DNA of 64,000 nucleotides from Plasmodiophora brassicae (Eukaryota): NCBI GenBank assembly GCA_036867785.1, contig CP145418.1, positions 806,001 to 870,000 of the forward strand, read 5' to 3'. Shown piece by piece: positions 23,664 to 36,800 of this stretch (position 1 is its first letter; each line of letters starts with the position of its first letter). The notes under the pieces were generated by a model. It saw only the letters and a program-made list of their open reading frames with translations, ran no database searches and was not told where the DNA came from. The position numbers and the translations under genes were made by a program.

Positions 23664-25243
23664 ATGATGCTGCTATGCATTTGGCTCCTACTGTGCTTTT
23701 CGACCTGCAACGCGAAGCTGATGGCGACATACACTCTGGGTAACACGTCCACTACGGTGACGATGAAGACGGCAACGTACCGTCACGGCAATACCAGCTT
23801 CTCAGTCGTCGGCCCTCTACGTTTCGTGGACGGCTCCGATCCGTCCGGACTAGGGAGCGAATTCGCGGGAACAATCATTGTCGCCGACTACGATGCACAT
23901 GGAAACTCATTCGCCTGGGCCAGAGCCTGCCAGGCTTGTGGGTGCATCGGCGTGGTCATGCTAACAAGAGTGAACCCGACCGTGACGAGCCTGGAAGCAT
24001 GGATCGAGGCCGATCGAGCGGTGATGCCCGGCGAGCAGATCTCAACAACGCCGCTCGTTATCCTCGATGGTTACGAGGCCTTGGCATCGGTCGATGACGT
24101 TCGCAGCCGTCCGGGTCCGATTCACGCCGTGATGGACTCGAGCGACATCGTTGAAGGAACTTCGGCGTCAGCGTTGTTCGAGTCGCCTGGCGCCACCTTC
24201 GCGTTCGTTATCGCATGGCTCATCAACGTTGTCAACATGGCCGGTGCCCTATACAAGTTTGCCGCATTCGCAATCGGTGGGCCGCGTTGGTTCCTATTTG
24301 AAGCGTTTGTGCTCTGACACCGGTGGTTACCTTCCTCGCAGATCGTGACGGGAATCTACGGGCGGTCCCTCTTTATCCGTCGATTGTCTTCACAACGGGA
24401 TTGGTGTCTTCCATCTTCCGCATGCTGTGGTTCGCTGATGCCGCGTTCTACAACCTACAGTCGTTTTCGAAAGTGTTTTACCGAGTTCTGATCACGGTAT
24501 TCATTCCAATCGGATTCGCGGGGACGGCCGCCATTGGTATGGCAATGCACGATCACCTGAAACAGGGCAAAGCAGTCAGCGTGAGGCATAAGGCCGCGGT
24601 TTACTCGCTCCTGTCTGTACTTGGCATCGTTTTCACTGTCGACATCGTCGGCACCTTTCTGGCCGCTGTGAAATGGCACGAATACTTCAACGTAACCTAC
24701 ATTTCGGTTAGTCGATTCAGCACGCTTTCGGCACACAGGAATAGTCCTGCTGATAGATTGGATTGCTCATAGACGTTCTACTTCTTGATGAACACGCCAG
24801 TGTCGATTCTGTTCATCAAATACGGTGCGGCAGTTTCGAGGGCGCTGCTGAACAATGACAAGATCTCGACTGTGGAACGTGCCCGCAGCCTTCAGTTCGC
24901 ACGTCGTGTCACCATCTCTGGCGTGGTCGGCGTTGTCCTTCTTCTTACCCAGATCATGTTCATCTCCATGTCCACCAACAGTGTGTCGCACTACGTCATG
25001 CTGTACACGCTGTCGGTTTCGATGGGCGCCATCCAGTGTTTTACATTCCTCATCGCATACCGCCCGCGTTCCAGCATCTTCGACACACTGGCCGAAACAT
25101 ACCTGCCATCGGGTCTGATTTCGAGCATTCCCAGGACGACAAGCGATGACAAGTCGAAAGATGCAGCCCAGCCAGCTGCCGAAAGGACTGTGACCGCGAC
25201 CGCCGTCGTGACCGGTCCACACATGGCCAACAACGCCCTTTAA
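23664..25243 (+). CDS. PA-7TM receptor-like protein, divergent copy C
   Basis: Signal peptide MMLLCIWLLLCFSTCNA; same two intron positions; conserved KTATYRHGNTSF, FAWARAC, NDKISTVERARSLQFARRV. Confidence 0.85.
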
Positions 25244-25767
25244 CGCATCATCGTCCACCCTCGTTCTTTGTACCGTTTTCACATATTCCTCACATGTTCA
25301 TCTCGTTCCTTCCCGCCGCATCAATAAAAATAAACTGTGGCCCTTGCTCCGGATCCTGTTCTGACCAGCACTGGCGTGGACACGGTCGAATAGCGAAAAG
25401 GCAAGAGATGTCGTGGACCATTACGGTGAACATTGGTTGACGTGTTAGACGGTGAGGTTGATGGCGGCATTCGATGGTCACTTGCCTTCTGCTGTGCATA
25501 TGGCGGTTAGAAGGCAAGCCGGTGTAGGACGTACTCGATTGCGGTGACGATAGAGACTGGAGCGTACCTCCACGCCAACGTCAGCTTCTCTGGCCCTCGT
25601 CGTCGTTTCGAGGATCGTTGTGGATGATGATATTGCTCGAGTGCCGGCCAGGGTGAACCCTGGTCCTTGTTGCAACATCGTGTTTGTCACCAAACAACGT
25701 TAGAGCTGCCGCTGTAGGTGTGTTCGATCGGTAAGCCGTACCTATGTTGATAGGTTAGCTGGCACAT

Positions 25768-27320
25768 ATGCGGTCATCGACGATGGCAATAGGTTTTGTC
25801 GTTTGCCTTCTGCTGTGTACATGGGGGTCCGAGGGCAAACTGACGGCGTCGTACGCTGTCGGTAACACGTCTTGTACGGTCACGATGAAGACTGCAACGT
25901 ACCGCCACGCCAACACCAGCTTCTCAGTCGCCGGCCATCTTCATTTCGTGGACGGTTCCGACCCGTCGGGCCTAGCTGCCGAAATCGCGGGAACGATAAT
26001 TGTCGTCGATTACGATGTCTATAGTAACTCATTCGCCTGGGCCAGAGCCTGTCAGTCCAATGCATGCGCCGGCGTGGTCATGGTATCGACGAAGATGCCT
26101 ACCATAGCCAGCTCGGAGGCGTGGCTGGAACGTGACAGGGGCGGCATCCACCCCGGTGAACATCTCTCGGCAACGCCGCTGGTCATTCTCGATGGCATTG
26201 ACGCATTGCCGTCCATGGATGACGTTCGCAATCGTCCCGGGCCGATTACCGCAGTCCTGGACTCGTGCGATATCCAGGAAGGCACGTCGGCTTCGGCGCT
26301 ATTCGCGGAACCTGGCGCCGTTGCCGCCTTCGCCGTCGCCTGGTTCGTTAATGTCGTCAACATAGTTGCTGCTATCTACAAATTCGCTGCATTCGGCATC
26401 AGTAAGTCCCCTGGTTCCAAATGACGCCGATCCCTGCTTAGCATCAGCGGATTGGCTGCGCAGGTGAGGAAGGCCATTTGCGCGTTATCCCGCTCTTCCC
26501 GTGCACAGTGTTCACGACGTCACTGGTGTCGTCCACTATTCGCATGTTGTGGTTCGCGAACGCTGCTTTCTACAATCTGCAACTGTTTTCTAGGCCCTTC
26601 TATCGAATTCTCATGACGTCGTTCGTTCCGGTCCAATTTGCAGGGACGGCGGCTATCGGCATGGCGATGCACGAGCACCTGATGCAGGGCAAGGCGGTCA
26701 GTACGCCGCACAGGCTTGGCATGTATTCGCTACTGGGCGTTCTCGGGGTCATCTTCACCATTGACGAAATCGGTACGTTCGTAGCTGCTCTGACCTGGCA
26801 TGAGTACTTCAACGTAACGTACCTCTCGGTGGGTCATTGACGTGTTTCTTTGACGCTTGACGGGAATCTGCTGACCGCATGACGAACTCAGACAATCTAT
26901 TTCCTGATGAACATTCCTGCATCCATTCTATTTATCAAATACGGGACGGCGGTCTCGAACGCACTGCTGACGAACGACAAGATCTCGATTGTGGAACGCG
27001 CCCGCAGCCTTCAATTTGCGCGTCGTGTCGCGACCTCCGGGGCAATGGGGATTGCCGTTCTGTTGACTCAAATACTGTTTACCGCCCTGAACGCGGTCAA
27101 TGTGGGATACTACTTTATGCTCTACACGCTGACGGTCACAATGGGCGCCGTGCAATGCTTCACGTTCATCAGCGCATTTCGTCCTCGTTCCAGCATCTTC
27201 GACATGCTCGCTCGGTCATATATGCCGTCATCCCTAGTGCCCTTTGCATCCCGGAGCGCGAGCCCTGAAAGAAACAAAGATGCCTCCGCCAGGATTGCTC
27301 CTGCGACCATAGACACGTGA
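25768..27320 (+). CDS. PA-7TM receptor-like protein, divergent copy D
   Basis: Same architecture and intron positions; open frame after splicing. Confidence 0.85.
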
Positions 27321-27871
27321 ACTTCAGCACGTGCTCCGTTCAATTTGCTGTGTCTCGTGTGTCTCAGTTCTCATTCCTTGCCTTAAAGCCCTGCCCGTAA
27401 TACACATTATCATGTTACGTGCTGGAATCTGTCATTGCATTCGACGTTAGCACATCTCCAAGGGCACAATCGGTCGGGCCGCGATATTTTTTCAGACGGA
27501 GAGCAGGCGCCTGCTCGCCGTTTCGCTCGTGTTGATGGTAGCCCCCGGATCACTCCTCGTCCGTTTGGTGAAGCTCGCACCGATGTCAAGGGACGTCTCT
27601 GCATCCTCCTCATCGTCGTTCAAATCCTTATCCCCTTAATATACCTATGTTGACGTCGTCACCAGGCCAATAAGAGAATCCAGCGCCGTCCACCGTGATC
27701 GACGGAAGGGTCGACGATGGAATGCGAAGTTCGCCTTCATCTTTGTACCATGCGCGCCGCTAGCTGTTGACCAAGAGATAGAGGGTGCCTAAGAGCGGTC
27801 CCAGGTATGTTGGGATATCACCAGTGAATATTATTGTGGACCGTACCGTCGACTCTATCCAGCGAGACGCA

Positions 27872-29449
27872 ATGGTAATGTCGCTGAGCATTTGTCTCCT
27901 CGTGTGCCTATGGGTATCCGAGGGCAGGCTGCTGGCGACGTACGGCACGCAGAACACATCCCGGACGGCCACGATGAGAACGGCAACGTACCGCCACGGG
28001 AACACCAGTTTCTCAATCGTCGGCCCTCTGCATTTCGTGGATGGGTCGGACCCGTCCGCGCTCGGCACGGAAATCGCGGGGAAGATCATTGTCGCTGACG
28101 GCGACGCCTATGGGAACTCATTCGCCTGGGCCAGAGCCTGCCAGTCCCACGAATGCGTCGGCGTCGTTATGGTCACGACGGTAATGGGTGCGGTCGCCAG
28201 CCTGGAAGCGTGGCTGGAGACTGACAGGACTGGGTATTCGAGCACAGAGCGCTCCCCGATACCTGTTGCCACTCTTGACGGCACAGACGCCCTGGTGTCC
28301 ATGGATGACGTTCGCGGTCGTCCCGGTCCGGTTATTGCCATGCTGGACTCGTGCGATATTGTGGATGGCACGTCGGCGTCCTTGCTATTCGCGGCACCGG
28401 GCGCCACGGCAGCGTTCGTCATCGCCTGGCTCGTCAACATTGTCAACATGGTCGCCGCCATCTACAAGCTCCTGGCGTTTGCAATCGGTTGGTTATACAT
28501 GTGCTTGCAACGATCTGCGTCTGCGCTAATGCCCGGTGCTGTGGCTGTCGTTCAGATCGGGAAGGCCACCTGCGGGCCGTGCCGTCCCTGCCCTGCGTCG
28601 TGTTCGTTACGTCGTTGACATCATCCGCCATCCGCATGCTGTGGTTCACCAATGCCAGCTTCTACGACTTGCAGGCGTTTTCCAAGCCCTTGTACCGAGT
28701 TCTGAGTTCGGCGTCGATCCCAATCGGGTTCGCCGGGACGGCCGCCATCGGCGTCGCGATGCACGACCACCTGATGCATGGCATGTTTGTCAGCGTGCAG
28801 CACAAGGTTGCCGTGTATTCATTGGTCTCCCTTGTCTGCCTCATCTTCACGTTCGACCTGATCGGCACCGTCGCAGCCGCCGTGACCTGGCACGAATACT
28901 TCAACATAACGTACCTCTCGGTTGGCGCAGCCAGCTGCTTCTAATGTAGGCAGAACGTACCTAATCGAGGAACGTGCACAGGGTTTCTACTTCCTGATGA
29001 ATATCCCCGTGTCGATTCTGTTCATCAAGTACGGGGTGGCGGTGTCGAACGCGCTGCTGAAGAACGACAAGATCTCCGCTGTCGAACGCGACCGTAGCCG
29101 CCAATTCGCTCGTCGTGTCGCCGTCTCCGGTGCATTCGGCATCGGCAATCTGCTGTCCCAGGTCCTGTTTGCCCTCCTGTACACGTCCAGCGTGTCACAC
29201 TATCTCATGCTGTACACCCTGTCCGTCACGATCGCCGCCATGCAATGCTACACGTTCACGACCGCCTTCCGCTCCCGTTCCAGCATTTTCGACTCGGTGG
29301 CGCAGGCGTACCTGCCACCTGTGCTCCGCTTCATGGTGGGCCACAAGACGGCCAGCGACGACCAAACAGCCAGGTTGGCCGACTCCAGGATTATGCCCAC
29401 GACCAGGACCGTGACGGTCAAACACAAGGTTGCCGTCGACGCTACTTAA
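27872..29449 (+). CDS. PA-7TM receptor-like protein, divergent copy E
   Basis: Same architecture and intron positions; open frame after splicing. Confidence 0.85.
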
Positions 29450-29576
29450 CTCGAACGTTGCTTCATCGTGCGCCGTCGAATGCGCTCGCGTTGCTGTGCT
29501 GTGTCGCCTTCGCGTCACGCCCAGTACTCACGCGACGCTCTATAGATTCCAACCTCGTTATCTGACTATAAACGCA

Positions 29577-32231
29577 ATGTATGCGATGACTGGTGATCAC
29601 GTGCACAATGGTTTGTACCAGGTGCGCGCGCGTTCAGTGTCGACCGAATCTGCTTGCCCACACACACCGGTATGGGGACCTACAGGCCACTGGAGGCGGT
29701 GGAGGCCGGCTCCGAGTTGCTGGCCACCGACGACGTGCCGGCACACGGCGTCTCTGCTTCCACGACGATCGACACTGTGCTCGACACGCTGCGATTCCTA
29801 CCCGGATCCGCCTCGGTCCATTGTCATCATCGCTCTATACGAGACGTGCGCTGATACCGACGTCCGAGTCAGGCCGTGCTGGATATTGACGGGAACAACG
29901 GCAAGACGCCCGTCTGGGAGGGCGACCTGCAGATCCGGGACGCCAGTGATCTGGCCGGGCTCGATGGCGCGCTTGCATCCACCTGGAGCAAGTACTTCTT
30001 CTCTCTCGTTGACGGCACGATGTACTACAAACGGCATCGCCCCGACGCCTCCAACCGGGGAGCCTTCCGCATCGCCTTTATCCTCGCACCTGTCTGTCAT
30101 TCATTTGGTGCCAGGCCACCATGTACGCGACGTGCGGGTCACTGACCCTGATCCGCCTGCAGGAAGTGGTGGTCGTTGACGATATGAGCGCGTCGGCGTT
30201 CGCATCGTTGCGCCCGCGTTCCGACCTGGAGGTCGTTGACGCCGACGATATCGACGCCGGTTGTATCAAGCACGTCGACGGCGCCGACGTCACGATCGTC
30301 ACACCGCACCGTATCAAGTTCATGAAATGCCCAAGGTCGGCGATCCGACTGCTTCCCCCGACTTGCGCTGCTGTCTGACACGAACGACAGCGCCCAGACA
30401 CGGTGCGAACTTGTCGACGTGATGCGGGCCCATCTGCGGGCCCGTCTCGGCGACAAGCTCTGGACGGCCAAGGTCGAAGCCGGCCGCATATCGCTGCCCT
30501 TGATTCAGGAGCAGATCCGCCTGAACAGTCAACTCTACAACGATTTTCGCGAAAGGCTGGGTACGATCTGGTCGTCTGGCTCCACAACGCGCGCGTACGT
30601 CTAACGTTGGAAGTGGGCAGTGGAGGACGGGCCGGTGAAGGTCATGGAAAGCGTTCAGACGAGCCGGTCCAAGCCACGCCACGGCGTGCTCGAAGTCGCC
30701 ATGATCACGTCGCCTACGACGCCGCCGACGTACCGCTCGAAGCAATTCATCCTGATGGACGGCGCCCTGTAACGACACACCTCGCCTGACATGCACACGA
30801 CGTCGTCCTCGGGGCTGATACGAGTGGTGACTGGGGGCGTCTAGGTACTGGTTCCCAGACAACGACCACAGGTCGCTGGAGTCCTGTCTGGCGCTGAAGT
30901 ACGCCAGCGTCGCGTTGGACGAAACGGCCATCCGGGAAGGAGAGTTCGCCATGGACATCCAGACGCCGCTGCGCATGCTGAAATTACGGGCCAAGCACGC
31001 CGCCAGCCTGGCCGAATGGTTCCATTCGCTGGTGTCCGCCATCAGCCAGACCAACACCGGATTGGACGTCGCTGGTACGATTCCCACATGTCGTGAACTC
31101 CGACTGTTGTGCCCCGAACACGTTGAGCAGGTTCACCGGCCGACCTGCCTCCCGATGCTGCTGTTGCCGACGTCGACCAGCTGATCGCCCACATCAACAG
31201 CATTCAGGCCTCGGACCTGTCCATCTGCGACCTGGATCGTATCCCGGACGGCGAGAAACGCTGGCGCGACTACCTGGTCCAGGCCAGGCAGGTTCGTGCT
31301 TGCACCAACGTTCCTCGACGTGATCTGCCCCACCCGCTCAGCGACAGCCGCCAGATCGATCTCTGGGAATGCAGGAACGACGTCCCGGAGTGGCGCCTGA
31401 CGATGCCCGAGAAGATCGTCTGGAAGTACCTGCTGCCGACCGCTCCGCACCGTCTCCCGTCCCTGCCGTCGTCCATCGCTGCCCCAATCCTGGCCGAGTT
31501 CCAGAGTGCCGACACGAGGCCGAAGGTGCGTCCTGGCCCCAGCAGTACGCGCATGGCCGCCGTTCAACGTTCTTGTGCCAGTGTCGCCACCCACGTCGTG
31601 AACTCTTCGACCCGCTCCTGCACTGGGTCACCGGCGAGCTCAACAAGCTGTTTGCCAAGTGGCGCATGTCGATCGAGAGCGCGACGGCCCCGGTCCCTGC
31701 TAAGGACAACGACAGTAGGAGGAGGCGGGGCGGGCGCTCCTCGAAACGTAACTGGGTTGACGTGGCAAATGGGTGTAGAGAGCGACCTGCAGCCGGATCA
31801 GTGCTCTGTCATTGTGGCGTTCGCGAACGGGTCCAACAACCCGACAGGCCTGGCCATGTGCGGGCCGGACCAGCCCGTTGTGACGATCGGTCGCGATTCG
31901 TGCAACACGTTGCCGCTGGCGGACGAGCGTGTGTCACGCGCGCACGCCAAGATCGTCTACGTGAAAGGCGGTATAGCAGGGCGTCACGTGCGGGCGCTTC
32001 CATGCGGGACATCTCACTACCGGACGTCGATGCCCAGAACTGGAGCTGTTCGACATCGGGTCGCTATCGGGCACGAGGGTGAACAACAGCAGCGTGGGGC
32101 ACAAGGCGGTGAAGGTCGGCGACGAGATCGTCGTCGGCACGTCCACGATCCGGATCGAGCAGCGCAAGGCACGGCCGCAGTCGTTCGGGACCCGCCTCAG
32201 ACAGAAGCTGGCGTCGTTCGGCAAAGACTGA
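29577..32231 (+). CDS. Multi-exon signalling protein: two PH-like domains, RGS-like helical region, C-terminal FHA
   Basis: PH-like: VWEGDLQI..TWSKYFFSLVDGTMYY and IQTPLRMLKLRAKHAASLAEWFHSL. RGS-like: IVWKYLLPTAP..LFDPLLHWVTGEL..LFAKW. FHA: TIGRDSCN..DERVSRAHAKI..LFDIGSLSGTRVN..VKVGDEIVVG. Start is tentative. Confidence 0.65.
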
Positions 32232-32296
32232 CGCGAAGCGCGCGCCTCCAGACGATAAACCATTGCGACCCCTCATGTTCCAGACGACGTGCCGGT

Positions 32297-33566
32297 TTAC
32301 AGAGGCAGCGCCCAGCGTATGTAGGAGCGGCCCAGGACGACCTGCATGTTCTCCAGCGGGGACGCCTTGCGATACAGGCCGACACGCGAATGGGCCAGCA
32401 TGCGATCGAACTGGGTATCGTTCGTCATGAGCATGCGGAATTGCTCCTGGTAGATGAGCGCGGTGATCGCCAGGCAGGCCATGGCGTTCACGACGTTGAC
32501 GCCGGTCACGATGGAGGTTGGCGTCCAGGACAGCATCCAGTCGGACGCGGTGGCAATCGAGTACGCCAGGTACAGCAGGGACGCGTGCATCAGGTAGAAC
32601 AGCATCTGCAGATAGTACCGGTGGTTCGCGATGCCAATGCAGGTCGCAAGGACCTTGCAGTGATGGTTCTGTTCCCACGTAAGCCTGGCGCACGGCAGAT
32701 GTGCATCGTCTCGTACCATTCGCATGACACACGTGTTGCACTGCCGGCAGTGGTGCGTTCTCGGCGGCCGATAGCTATTGCAACCCTTCGTGCACATGTC
32801 GACGGCCCCCCTGTGATGATGATGATCGTCGTCGAGGGCGGGCGCGCCAGGCGCGAACAATGGCACCAGTTCGATGCCCGTACTCTCCATCGTCAGCGCC
32901 GTGCCCGCCTGCCGCCCAGCCTGCCCGTCGATGTCGATCGACACCGAATCCTTGCCGGAGTCGGCATGGGCGGACGATACCCATTCTACGCCGGGGAACA
33001 AAGCGTCCCCGTCGTCGTCGTCGTTGTCGACGACCAGTATGCCATGCGCCGCGAACTCCTGCCGTTATGTCGACTCAGACGGCTCATCTCCAGCAACGAG
33101 ATTCGACAGCGTCGCTTACGCCTGCGGTCCGGCTGTGGTCGACCTGCCGAACCCTTCGAGCGACGTCCTTCCCCGATTGCAGGTCGACGAGCTGGGCCCT
33201 GGCCATCTGCATCGCTTTCGCCATGCCGGCCGACGTTGTCGCTGGCCGTGATGCCGGGTCGGCCGTCTGCTCTGCGAACTCGGGCGTCTCCGGCGCCGAA
33301 CCGGCCGTCCCGTCCCATGCCCTCCACGCCTTGGGCACTGTTCCCAAATTCAGTTCCCCATCGTCGTTCGTCGGGGGGACGCGCGCCCCCATACGCGTAT
33401 GGTCCACTGTCAGGACGCGGATCAGGGCAGTGACCGCCAGCGCCAGCTCGACCAGGATGATGCCGGCAACCAGCCTGGACCGCACCGTCGTCGCGACGAC
33501 CGCAACGGCGTACAGCAGCGTCGCGATCGCGCCGACGCGCACGCAGACGAACACGGCCGTGCCCAT
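32297..33566 (-). CDS. DHHC-family protein S-acyltransferase (motif variant NHHC)
   Basis: CTKGCNSYRPPRTHHCRQCNTCVMRM-NHHCKVLATCIGIANHRYY after removing intron 32669-32716; TM segments on both sides; long acidic insert before the Cys-rich domain. Start is tentative. Confidence 0.8.
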
Positions 33567-33835
33567 TGCCGAGTGAGGCGAGATGGGCGACGCGGGCCAC
33601 GACACGCGACGTTACGTCGTTGCCGGCGGTACCCGCACCCGCCAACGCCTGTAACGAACCCATGATGACGACCCGCACGTACCGGCCTGGGCGCGCTCCT
33701 CCTGCCATCGGCCGATGCGCGTTGTCGTCGTCCGGCTATTTCGGGGACGATCTGCATTCTGCTGCCAGGCCTAAAACCGGACCGAGGCGGTGTGTGTACG
33801 TGTAGCAGGAAATAGACGGGCGAACCCAGGTGCCG

Positions 33836-36800
33836 ATGTGGATGACCGGACGGAACGTGCCCCTAAGCCAGCGCCGCCAGTCTGGATCGCGGCCTGCCAG
33901 CGTCGTCGTCGACATGTACGCCTTCACGACAGCGGTGCACCACCAGGCGACCGTACCGGAAGGGGCGGCGGCGTCGGCGGCGCGCCACGAACCATCGCTC
34001 GACGAGTACCAGCGCCTGCGCTCCCTGCTCCAGCACCTGTCCCGATCGAGCTCCCGCGTCGACCGGGATCGTGCCGCCCAGGTCAGGGCCCGGTTCATTG
34101 CCCTGCAGAGGCAGCTGACCTCGAGAACGCAACGACCGCCCTTTGCGTGCTTCTGACCGACCGTCGTGGACGTACCAGGCGCCACTGTTATTATCCTAGA
34201 TATATACACACACACAGCGATTCCCGTTCGCCCGCCACCGCCGACGATATCGCAGCCGGGTACCGTGCCCTGATCCCTGTGTGTCAGTCGCCAAGCATTC
34301 CCATAGACGTGCCGCATGCTGTCGATCACATCGCCGCCCGTGGTCGACGACGTCGCCCAGCTTCGTCAGCGCCGGGCGTCGGACGGCCTGCGCCTGCCGA
34401 TCGTCGCTGTGCGAGCGCCGACCGCGCTGGCGCCGCGCCCGCACCTGACCTGCATCAAGCATCAGTGCAGGAACCGACGACCGGATCCCCTGCCGAGCGG
34501 GTACTGCTCGCCGTACTGCGACCAGCACGCGCCCATCGCGTCGTACGGGCGGTCGCACGGCAACGGCTCCGAACGCGACGACGGCGACGATGGACGGCTG
34601 GCGGTTGACGTACGGCCGCTGTCGTCGTCGTCGTCGCCTCGCAGCGCGGGCACGGGACGTAACCCGCTGAGCGGCGCGCTCCACCCGCTGATCGCCATTC
34701 TCCAGCACTCGCGCCCGTCGCTGTCGCCGTACCTGGCGGCGATGGCCGCGCCGACGCCCCTGATCCGGGTGGAGGGCCTGCCGGCCCCAGACCTGTCCAC
34801 GACGACGTGCCCGGACGTGCACGACCACGCGCCGATCGTTCGTACACGTCGATCTGTCGTCGTGGGTGCACCTGACGTGACGCGCGCGCCCAGGTCGACG
34901 TCGTCGTGCTGCGCCATGCGGGCGAGGTCCCCAACGAGTACCAGACCGTCACGCTCTGCCTGTCGGGGCAGAAGGCGCTGCGCAGCGTCGCCCTGGCGTA
35001 TCGCCGGTCGACGACGGACGCCCCGATCACGCACGTCGCCGTCTGCCACGACGAGCGCTGGTGCCCGTTCGGGTTCGAGTTCGTCCGCTGGGCGTCCAGC
35101 CCGGCGCCGGCCAACCTGAACCCGGGCCAAGTGCCCGGCGTCTTCCTCGTCGTCAGGCGCGACAGGACGTGCCCGGTCCTGACGACGCTCGGCGTCGTGT
35201 GCGGCGGGGCGGCCGCGACGACCGACCTGCCGGCCGGGTTGGATGTCGTCGGGCAATGTACGTCCGACCTGGACCCGACGGGCAACTTCACACAGGACGC
35301 GGCGACGCTGAACGCCTGGGCACAATCCGCCGCGTGCGACCAGGTCGGGCGCCGCCCCCCAGTGCTCTCGATGTCGACCGCGCCAGGCTGACCGTTCGCA
35401 GAGGTACCTGGCGCTGTGGTTCGACACCAAGGCCATGGTGCACAGCACGCTTCGGCTGTGCAACGGCGCGAGCGACCTGGAAGTCAGGGCCGTCGTATGC
35501 CTCCTGTCGGCTGGGCGCGCAGACCCTGGTCGGGGTTCGTCCTGACGACCTGATTCGTCGTAGGTCGTTCGCGTACGTGACGGATGTCGAGATCAGCGCA
35601 GCGTCGCTGTCGATCCTGTTGAAGCTCGAGCAGCAGCTGTTCGCCAGCAACGCCGCGCTCTGCAACCAGGCCGTCTGCATCCTCAGCAAGCTGGGCGTGA
35701 CGATGGCGTCGCGGTCGTCGCCATGGGCGCCCGTCGCCCAGCAGTGCCAGTCGCTGGTCGCCAAACTGATCCGGCACCACGCGTCCGCCATCTCGCTCGC
35801 CACGTTCCTCACCGCCGTCGACGCGCTGGTAGGTTCGCCGCCGACGCGGCCCAGGACCGACGCCATCGCCTCGCTCGTCCAGCAGTGCGGCGTCGAGCAG
35901 GCCACGCGCGACCCCAGGATCGTCGCAGACATCGTAGGCGCCGCCACACGTGCGGCACGATTGCTGGTTAGGTCGCGCGCCTGACGGTCTGCACCCGCAG
36001 GTGATCGATCTCGTACAGCTGCGCGACAGCGAAGCGTCGCCCGAGTGGCCATCGCAGTGCCAGGCGTTCGCCGATCGTTGGTTCACGTCGGATCGGTCGA
36101 AGCGCGCCGCCGGCCTGCTGCTGGCGTGCTCGCGGGTCGCCTCCCATCCAGGCAGCGACGCGGCATCGGTGACCACCTGCCTGATGATCGTGCAGCAGTG
36201 CCTGTCGTCCATCAGGAACATCGACGACGACATTGTCATTGGCGTCGTCGTCAGGAAACAGGTGGTCCCGTGCGTCGTCGAGGCAACGATCTCCGATTTG
36301 GCGTTCGCCACGCCGGGCGTCTTCGCGTTCGCCCTCGATGTCGTCGATCGCGTCCTCTGGAAACAGCATCGGCGATCGCTGCTGGACGCGATCGGCGCCA
36401 CGTTCAAGGCGATCTTCATACCGCTCCTGAACGCCAGGCAGTTGCCGGTCGCGGGCGATGATGCCGGATCGCGGCTCGACCTCCTGGAGACGATCGCGTC
36501 GATGCTGAACTCGCCGGCCGCCATCTTCGACTTCTTCGTCGCGTTCGACTGCAACGGGGACCCGCTGTTCCAGGACCTGTGCCGGGGCCTGGGACGGCAG
36601 ACCCGCGGCCGTCTCCTGTCCCGGGACAGCATCGGCGCCGTCTGCCTGCTCGTCAACCTGGTCGAGATCATGCTCGCGCAGCTGTGCGCTGACCCGCCCG
36701 ACACGTCCAGCAGCGCCCGCCTGCGACGCCAGAGGTCGTCCTTGCAGGACCCGGCCGCCGTCGCCCAGAAACAGATCCCGTTCGCCATGCAGCCGACCAT

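Noticed and set aside
27501-27516. Perfect 16-bp palindrome GAGCAGGCGCCTGCTC as a Helitron 3' hairpin
   Set aside because: No properly spaced CTRR end with an AT target site, and no linked Helitron sequence.
31403-33433. 676-aa + strand ORF
   Set aside because: Runs through exons and introns of the FHA gene and then antisense across the DHHC gene; a composite artefact.
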